A stretch of 64,000 nucleotides of DNA. It comes from Candidatus Obscuribacteraceae bacterium (GTDB lineage: Bacteria > Cyanobacteriota > Vampirovibrionia > Obscuribacterales > Obscuribacteraceae). Location of the stretch: contig JBGAHS010000001.1 of NCBI GenBank assembly GCA_044226015.1, positions 416,001-480,000 of the forward strand. The letters run 5' to 3'. This document shows, one piece after another, positions 58,801-64,000 of the stretch (position 1 is its first letter; each line of letters begins with the position of its first letter). The position numbers and the translations under genes were made by a program. The notes below the pieces were generated by a model, which searched no databases, was not told the DNA's origin, and worked only from the letters and a program-made list of their open reading frames with translations.

Positions 58801-61585
58801 CTTTCATGCCGATGTACAGAGCCGCAAGTGATGACGCGCAGGCTGCATCGACGCAGAAATTGATGCCGCCTAAATCGAATCTATTTGCCACGCGCCCTGC
58901 CACTACGTTCCCCAAATATCCAGGGAAAGAGTCTTCAGTCCATTCTGGCAAGCGGGCTTCGAGCTTCTTCCTATATTCGGGATCAAGGTCACTAAGAGTC
59001 CAGTCGAGCATCGCCCTTATGCCGTAGAAAGAAGTAATCGGTCCATGTCCTGCGTTTGCTAAAACTATTGAAGTTCGCTCTTTGGGAAATGCTCGTTTTT
59101 GATAGCCGGCATCCTGAAGAGCTGCTCGCGTTACTTCCAAAATGAGCAACTGCATTGGGTCTACTGATGCAAGGCTTGCAGGAGGAATTCCGTAGCTTGA
59201 TGGGTCGAAGGGAATATCCTTAAGGAAACCTCCCCACTTAGAGTAGATTTTGTCTTTCTCTAGCGGGTTTTCGTTGTACATCTTGGTCCAGTCCCACTGA
59301 TCAATCGGGACTTCCTCGATGGTATCAACCTTGTTCAAAATGTTCTGCCAGTAGGTTTCCAGATCATTCGCTTTGGGAAACAGGCATGACATTCCAACTA
59401 TGGCGATCGGCTCGTGCTGAGGCTCGTATGATTTTTTAGACGGGGCACTCTTCTTTTCGCCAACAGACTGAAGGTACATATCGGCCTGGTTTGAGACAGA
59501 CTCGTGCAAATCCTTGATACTAGTGACCTTGTTGTGCATTGAGGCAACCTGGCCGATCATGTACATGCCATCAGCCCATTGCTTCTCATTGGCGACTTTC
59601 ACCAACTTACTGCCACCAGAACCGGCTTCGCCTCTTGCCAGACCTTTGCTGGCGACTCGCAAGCGACCCAGGTTCATAAGCTCAAGTTCTTGACGCAGTT
59701 CATTTTTTCCCATGCCCTCAGATTCAAGTTTCTTACGCTTGTCGTCGAACACTCTTTTGTATGGCGAATCGATGCATCGAATTGCGTGACCTGGTCCAGT
59801 TTCAAGCAATACTGTATCTTCGCACTTCAGAGCTGCTTCCTGGAATTTTTCTACGATGGCTCCTGCACTGACAGCTTCTTTTGTGAAGAGATAAGCCGTT
59901 CCCATCAGCACGCCGATGCAAATGCCTCGCTCGACTAGCGGTGCCGCCAATGCTGCAACCATGGCACTAGATATGGTGTCATGAATACCGCCTGCGAAGA
60001 CTATGTGATATTCGCTAGGGTTAGCCTTTGGTGGAATCGAAGTGAGTAGAACATCAATCATGCTTTCCCAGAGCACGAAGCTTGAGCGAGGTCCGACGTG
60101 ACCCCCGCACTCTTTACCTTCGAAAATGAATCTCTTGGCACCTAACTCTATGAATGACTCCAACAGGACAGGCGATGGTACGTGCAAGTAGGTTTTAATT
60201 CCTAGTGCCTCGAGTTCTTTGGCCTGGTCAGGGCGTCCACCAGCTATCAAGGCGCAAGGTGGTTTGTGTTTTAGAACCACTTGAAGCTGTTCTTGACGTA
60301 ATTCTGGGGGAACGAATCCCAACAATCCAACTCCCCATGTGCCGCCGGCCAGATCTTTTGAGCATTGCTCAAGCAATGGTTCAATCTCTGATTTGCGCAT
60401 CAAGGACAGTGCCAGGAAAGGCAAGCCGCCGCCTTTTTGTACTTCGTAGGCAAATTCGGCCGTATCAGAAACGCGCGTCATCGCACCCTGCAATACAGGG
60501 TACTTGCAGCCATGTGAAGCCGCCAGGGGGCTGTCTTCTGCAAGGGCATGTTGAGCTTTCGCCAGCTCGAGATTGGTCTTCGCGTGGGCGCGAATAGCTG
60601 CAATCACAGAAGCGACGCTCTGATACTTGCGAGCGAGCGCTGCCGCAAACGCGATGTCTTGACCAAGCGGGCAATGCGATGGCAACTGGCTCTTTGCTAT
60701 CTGAGCCGAGTGCTGTAGAAAATGTCGAAGCAGTCCTGGTAGTGCATTGGCTTCGGGGGCAAACTGAAGATTTCTTGTATTATCAAGCTCACCTTTGTGA
60801 GTGGATGATGACTTTAGAATCTGGCTCTGACGCTTAGATAGCGCCATCTTCAATGAATCATCTCCGGGACGATTCCAGACGCGGAACTGTTCCTGTCCAT
60901 TGCTGATTATCTCAGTTTCGGTTCCATCAAAATTGGAGAGCTTCTCCTTTTGCTCGATTGTCAGCGGAGATTCTCTTGTTAGTAAAAGTTGTGAATGCAA
61001 AACTACGCCGCTGCCACCACCAGCTAGTACTGCTGCTGCGGTGTTGATGCCTACGCCACCTTGAATCCAGATAGGCAGCTTCACGGCTGGACGCAATCTT
61101 TGCAATAGAACATAACTTGTTTCTTCGCCGACTCGGCCGCTTGCTTCGTGACCTTTTGCGATCAACGCATCTGCATCAGCAGCTTCTGCAAGTTTTGCCT
61201 CTGTTAGACTGACGCACTCTACAAAGACTTTGAAATGAAGTTTATGGAATTCTGCAATGACGGCGCTCAGGCTCTTCTGTTCGAATTGTCTGTCCCTGAC
61301 GCAAAGGATAACAACTCGCTCTGTGCATTGACTCTCGCTAATTTTCTTGATTTGCGGTTTTAGATGCTCTATTTGTTCGGCACCGCATCTGATACCAACA
61401 CTGCTGCCGCATGCCAGCAAGTCATCGATGCATTTCGATAAGTCATCGCTTTCTTCGAAATACTCCAAGTCCATGATGCCAATTGCTCCAGCTCTTGCTG
61501 CTGCAATAGCAATTCCTGGATAAGCATCTTTTACTGCCCATGCTTGCGGTGTTAGCGCGATGATTCCTAGTTCTGGCGTCTTCAC
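52808..61585 (-). CDS. Iterative type I PKS/FAS, Pfa-like: ER(NMO/FabK-like) x2 - KS - AT - ACP - KR - DH
   Basis: KGHEASGRVG and EGKECGGHVG (flavin TIM-barrel ER); KS DAACASS/EAHGTGT/IGHTK; AT GHSFG/AAFHS; ACP DLGIDSIKRVEI; KR TGGARGI and YVAAN; DH LNDHTFNGMPVLP/DSAMQ. GTG 61585 has AGGAG RBS; track start is TTG 61627. Confidence 0.93.
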   Translation of the reverse strand: MKTPELGIIALTPQAWAVKDAYPGIAIAAARAGAIGIMDLEYFEESDDLSKCIDDLLACGSSVGIRCGAEQIEHLKPQIKKISESQCTERVVILCVRDRQFEQKSLSAVIAEFHKLHFKVFVECVSLTEAKLAEAADADALIAKGHEASGRVGEETSYVLLQRLRPAVKLPIWIQGGVGINTAAAVLAGGGSGVVLHSQLLLTRESPLTIEQKEKLSNFDGTETEIISNGQEQFRVWNRPGDDSLKMALSKRQSQILKSSSTHKGELDNTRNLQFAPEANALPGLLRHFLQHSAQIAKSQLPSHCPLGQDIAFAAALARKYQSVASVIAAIRAHAKTNLELAKAQHALAEDSPLAASHGCKYPVLQGAMTRVSDTAEFAYEVQKGGGLPFLALSLMRKSEIEPLLEQCSKDLAGGTWGVGLLGFVPPELRQEQLQVVLKHKPPCALIAGGRPDQAKELEALGIKTYLHVPSPVLLESFIELGAKRFIFEGKECGGHVGPRSSFVLWESMIDVLLTSIPPKANPSEYHIVFAGGIHDTISSAMVAALAAPLVERGICIGVLMGTAYLFTKEAVSAGAIVEKFQEAALKCEDTVLLETGPGHAIRCIDSPYKRVFDDKRKKLESEGMGKNELRQELELMNLGRLRVASKGLARGEAGSGGSKLVKVANEKQWADGMYMIGQVASMHNKVTSIKDLHESVSNQADMYLQSVGEKKSAPSKKSYEPQHEPIAIVGMSCLFPKANDLETYWQNILNKVDTIEEVPIDQWDWTKMYNENPLEKDKIYSKWGGFLKDIPFDPSSYGIPPASLASVDPMQLLILEVTRAALQDAGYQKRAFPKERTSIVLANAGHGPITSFYGIRAMLDWTLSDLDPEYRKKLEARLPEWTEDSFPGYLGNVVAGRVANRFDLGGINFCVDAACASSLAALYIGMKELRAGSSDMVLLAATDTHNQPGDFLSFSKTHALSPRGRCRTFDASADGIVISEGMAVLVLKRLSDAERDGDRIYALVRGIGGSSDGRDLSLTAPRPAGQMVALERAYDDAGVSPSTVGLVEAHGTGTVAGDKAEFEALRRVFEEHEAAQQVCALGSVKTMIGHTKCAAGLASVIKVARALYHKVLPPTMGVENPNPACNFESSPFFINTEVRPWIHNKQELQHPRRAGVSAFGFGGTNFHTVLEEYEGQKHYRQESAVRDFPTELFTLRTASRTQLEKQIESLENNCKKMLENASQHRGPSGNHDIASLFELAYRHHLVQSSMPPCANTKHHHHTLAVIASSGEDLLKKLELAKSVIKDESKKSLKDPRGVFFEERLHEAFGKVAFLFPGQGSQQLNMLGDLSLSFACVRETFETADRVLAEKFTQKLSRFVFPTPVFNETGRKQQRAMLTDTHVAQPAIAAADIAAYSLMEDLGIKPDMCAGHSFGEYVALCAAGTMNTDDLFRVSEARGHILKSTNGKKSGSMAAVAANGNEVRRLIAHLKDVTLANLNSPKQCIISGEVSALDEASRVLDENKVKSKPIAVSAAFHSPLMEPALKALSKAIVDVTLHAPEIPVYSNTLANPYPSKPEQIASLLCDHLVKPVEFQQMVEQMYEAGARIFVECGPGTVLTGLVSDILDGKEHLTLSLERNGKHGITQLQHLIAQALIAGVDADQSKLYKHRVENILPEKSALQKSKPKLMYLINGSHVKRFDGKNTLAANRPAEEAVRHARLAADNNQSNAREITTQTPAAKPVVSSSSTAAKASQVQGSIAPKASSYSATGSQQVSPPHKNGSTQPELRPNTSSGAQSISQPPSPAVAGTPKAQVMMEFQRSMLEMTNSFLQTQEKVMMSYLQRGGQNGANAQNLMANNSALQAQQSAQTKHMPANSNDLQNANQQTPKPQTATYTPGNGTHPTAQPTTQAGAASGNGSGDRRQDGGSDIHHDTAAGTNGAKSNGNGGNGNGNGSHGIDSEKLIIQLIEIVSERTGYPADMLDPSLDLEADLGIDSIKRVEILNNFRKLLPEEIQNELEGSIEKLAGTRTLSGITDWIRSDLADLAKGARPEVLELVHPSRARPNASSAKVETRAAQTKKTESLIGRALVKMQELPALAKSPISLTGLYLISDSEDGLAEMVATKLKTAGAKTLILKHKPNSGVAVSISPSSSKLEIDLCSQHAVEALNTAVSKQQMRIAGLIHLLPLAARQQVTPSREEKEQGYLIPRSLFTTVKELLVPLAKSNEGFKLIAATSLGGSFGLESKYPVNPIQAASAGMIKSISREFPSSLSRCLDFEELDDKFVIAQAVLTELGNTDKSQVEVAYKDGKRFTPVAVPSPIQDAESAELDLDSSSVVLVTGGARGITAELCLEIAEQHKPHFVIIGRGARPVAQEDPQYKGLSTVKELKAAIMDRLRKEGKTLSVPAIEHVYQQLIKDREIRNNLAKIEATGAKVHYYSLDVRDHAAFSNLLDKLYDSFGKIDVVIQGAGVIEDAFLKDKSLESFDRVFSTKIDAALTLASRLDLDSLKYLVLFSSVVGRTGNAGQIDYVAANEVLNKLAIQLNNRSNARVLSIGWGPWRGGMAQAELESVFARFGWSMIEAMDGRKNFYQELSSGKKADAEVLLVGMLPQKHDDSNGANGTAAHIGGNGAHASQNIKARGARLHRAEVVQDSAGSMLLRLRIDTNIDTYLNDHTFNGMPVLPMAVATELLAEAAQFKYSEFEFRKLVRLDIPQGIVIESGAKDLYISLQEESRTDSDITVNVSLSTGTNQSRKNFIARAVLSRRDVPAKLPADSLFTTEFVPSVFIDEESDLPTVDFIYDNWMFHGPLFQGISNIHALGKNGISGKLKSTPINQALKESGKESWLIDPLLMDSAMQLAGIWARHYMDITVLPVGFKTLHLFSSPVGKNFNATVKVPNESKNGELLCDLAVYDEVGRLIMLIEGLGGTGSKSLNRLAKSKNENSK

Positions 61586-61804
61586 GAACCCGGTATCTCC
61601 TGTAGGTCGTCGCTTCGTGCTCAGCAATCGCTCATGACTGGTGCAACACGAAGACAGCTCTTCGCTCGCTTAAAAAAGCGCAATTAATTATATAAAGCCT
61701 GACTGTATCTGCCATTTGATAGCTTTTAATTAGGACTTCGCTGGGATGTCAGGGGTGTCAAAAATCCGCTAGTTTTGGTGTGAAAGTTGACCCTTTCTTC
61801 CCTT

Positions 61805-63010
61805 CTAAATCACCACAATCTCACTCGGGCTGCGCAATTCGTAGGTGACACCGCGCCATTGAATTCTATTTGTCGTGAGCGAATATAGCGTCATCCACGG
61901 TAAAGCAAGGTGGGCCAGGGGTAGCGCCATTACGAATCTCCAGGCGGAATTTTGCAGTTCGCTCTCTCGGTCGCGAAGCACGCTTTGCCAAAGGTCTTGC
62001 CCCTTTAACAGGAAATAAACTTCAATCGGCAAAACTGTTAGTCCAGCCAGCAATGAATAGAAATATATTGGGGACGAGTTGCTTATACAGACTGCTAAAG
62101 TCCACAAAATGCTCAGCAACCAGGTTGCCATGATGCCAGCTCTAAAAATGCCTCGACGCCACAAAGCCGGATAATAAACCTTGGTTAAGATTAGTTGTCG
62201 ATTTGTCCATTCAATTACTTCTGGCCAATCGCCATCGCCGTGGCTGGCTACGAGGCATTGTGGAACGAACTTCACTTTGAGCCCAAGCTCTTTAACAGCC
62301 GTTGTCAGCGATAAATCGTCATCTGCAGCTTGATCCCAGTGAGACAAAACGTCCGCCTTTTCGAATATCTCTCGCTTTATTGCCATGGCGCCGCCCCAGG
62401 CGAAACAGTATTTGGGGCTCGCCATCTCCCAGGCAGAAACGCGATTCCAAATACTTCGTAGCATCGAAGCCGCATCACCACGATGAGGGATATAGAAGCG
62501 ATATCCTGTTGTGGCACCGACCCCAGGCTCTTCCAATCGTCCAACGAGCTGAGTGAGAAAATCCTGTCTTGCAATCACATCTGAGTCAACGAACGCGATT
62601 GCTTCTATGTCAGGGGAAAGCAGCTTTAGCGCCTCTAATTGGTTGTTCAATTTTTGCGCTCGTTTATTGTTGATGCCTGCAACAACCACTCTGCTTTTAA
62701 CATGTGGAAATTCGTCTGCCACCGCTTTAAGTGCGGGAAACGCGGGGTCGTTTTCTGTTGCTACTGCAAAAATAATTTCGAAATGAGGCAGTCCATCCTT
62801 TTTGTAATCTTGCTCAAGCAGCTTGCGCATATTGTCGTGGAAGCCTGGGTCTAAACCTTTGCAGGGCAGTACGACAGCCAATTTCGGGCGATAGCTTGGC
62901 TCTGGTTTTCCCATTTCTTCGGCAACATATTTGTACATGCGATTGAACGCATAAGCCTGTGAAATAGTTACCGCAACGGTGATAAAGCTCAGAACGCAAA
63001 GGAAAAACAT
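61805..63010 (-). CDS. Membrane GT2/GT21-like glycosyltransferase (ceramide/hopanoid glucosyltransferase-like)
   Basis: N-terminal TM, VVLPCKGLD, KLNN, FVDSD, WGGAMA, DDD, EWTNRQ, C-terminal TMs and IQWRGVTY; ATG 63010 likely (track GTG 63094). Confidence 0.85.
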   Translation of the reverse strand: MFFLCVLSFITVAVTISQAYAFNRMYKYVAEEMGKPEPSYRPKLAVVLPCKGLDPGFHDNMRKLLEQDYKKDGLPHFEIIFAVATENDPAFPALKAVADEFPHVKSRVVVAGINNKRAQKLNNQLEALKLLSPDIEAIAFVDSDVIARQDFLTQLVGRLEEPGVGATTGYRFYIPHRGDAASMLRSIWNRVSAWEMASPKYCFAWGGAMAIKREIFEKADVLSHWDQAADDDLSLTTAVKELGLKVKFVPQCLVASHGDGDWPEVIEWTNRQLILTKVYYPALWRRGIFRAGIMATWLLSILWTLAVCISNSSPIYFYSLLAGLTVLPIEVYFLLKGQDLWQSVLRDRESELQNSAWRFVMALPLAHLALPWMTLYSLTTNRIQWRGVTYELRSPSEIVVI

Positions 63011-63234
63011 CGAATTAGGCTTGGCTGAATGATTGTCTGAATAATTTGGCTGTTTCGGAGCTAGAGTATAATGCCATCTGCCTTTGCCTTCCACTGAAAT
63101 GCATTCATTTCTATTGAAGCCATAGTGCTCGTCAGCTGAAGCAGCCGACCTTCATGGTCAGAGAATCCTCTCTTGCTAAGGCTTGCGCTCCGCTTGACTT
63201 GTTCGGCTTCAGAATCATAACTCAACTAAAGATA

Positions 63235-64000
63235 ATGTCTTTAATTCGAAAACTCGTATACCAGGTCTTCCGCCGCATGGCCGGCAAAGAGATGTCTAGC
63301 CTGGAAGCTGACTGTAAGAATCCACGGCTTGCACAGCTGCGGAAATTGCGCGAAATAGTTTCACTAAACAAGGCTAGCGCATACGGCGTTGACCATCGCT
63401 TTTCCGAGTTCGCTGACTTAAGTGACTCTGAATTGATGCTTTCACAGTTTCGAGATAATGTGCCTATCGCTGATTATGAGGCTCACCGCCCTTATATCAA
63501 TCGTATCTGGAATGGTGAGAGTAATGTATTGAGTCCTGAACAACCTTTTATGTTTGCTACCACCAGTGGTACCATGGCCGAACCTAAGTACATTCCTGTG
63601 ACAGATTCTTACATCAGGGAATTCCGTCATGCTTCGGTCGCATCCGGCTATTTCATGTTGGAAAAGTTTCCGGGAATTTCAAATGGTATTACTTTGTCAG
63701 TATTTTCTCCGGCTCAAGAAGGGCAGAGTCCGGGGGGCATACCTTTTGGCGCTATCTCGGGTGGGCTCTACACAAGAGAGCCCTGGTTGGTCAAAAAGTT
63801 CATCGCCCCAATTCCCTACGAGGTTTACCTCTGTAAGGACTATGAAACAAAGTACTATTCATTATTACGTTCTGCGCTTGTTCTGCCGGTGGCGAACTTT
63901 TACACGCTGAACCCCAGCACTATAGTTGTGTTACTAAAACGACTCGATAAGTATGCTGCCCAGCTAGTGCAAGATGTTGAAGATGGAACATTTAATCCTC
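63235..64000 (+). CDS. GH3 family acyl-adenylate/amido synthetase (3' end outside window)
   Basis: Hand translation from ATG 63235: AQLRKLREIV...SAYG...FRDNVPIADYE...PYINRIWNGESNVL...FATTSGTMAEPKYIPVT...GIPFGAISG; open to the window edge. Confidence 0.88.
   Translation, partial: MSLIRKLVYQVFRRMAGKEMSSLEADCKNPRLAQLRKLREIVSLNKASAYGVDHRFSEFADLSDSELMLSQFRDNVPIADYEAHRPYINRIWNGESNVLSPEQPFMFATTSGTMAEPKYIPVTDSYIREFRHASVASGYFMLEKFPGISNGITLSVFSPAQEGQSPGGIPFGAISGGLYTREPWLVKKFIAPIPYEVYLCKDYETKYYSLLRSALVLPVANFYTLNPSTIVVLLKRLDKYAAQLVQDVEDGTFNP

Noticed and set aside
52808..61585. Enediyne PKSE or canonical PUFA synthase assignment
   Set aside because: Has ER domains and a PPTase on a separate subunit, with no enediyne cassette genes seen; single ACP and no FabA-type DH, unlike canonical pfaA-D.

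Overview
Gene-dense bacterial chromosomal window with no rRNA, tRNA, CRISPR array or transposase recognised. Gene content and style (At5g03900-like cyanobacterial-lineage protein, Ser/Thr kinase and TPR proteins, many proteins with polar low-complexity N-termini) suggest non-photosynthetic Cyanobacteriota (Vampirovibrionia/Melainabacteria, possibly Obscuribacterales); this is inference only. Main contents: (1) a >1858-aa minus-strand ORF missed by the ORF track, running off the left edge, with YD/RHS-like repeats followed by annexin-like repeats; (2) housekeeping and accessory genes including a Macro + TIR/NDT-like fusion; (3) a cluster of proteases (M50, S1, S41, S53) with a deaminase polymorphic toxin and SMI1/KNR4 immunity pair. 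Several effector-like proteins lack Sec signal peptides but share an S-x-x-L-x-x-[ED]-A-like N-terminal leader; (4) a candidate ~360-nt structured ncRNA; (5) two-component system, RlpA, ABC-F, hydrolases, globin, kinase, TPR, thioredoxin, L,D-transpeptidase and an EF-hand/LysM-like protein; (6) a ~16-kb Pfa-like iterative type I PKS cluster (ER-ER-KS-AT-ACP-KR-DH plus KS0-AT-DH-PPTase) flanked by two glycosyltransferases and a divergent GH3 amido-synthetase, a candidate glycolipid pathway. All domain calls are from motif recognition by eye; no searches were run.
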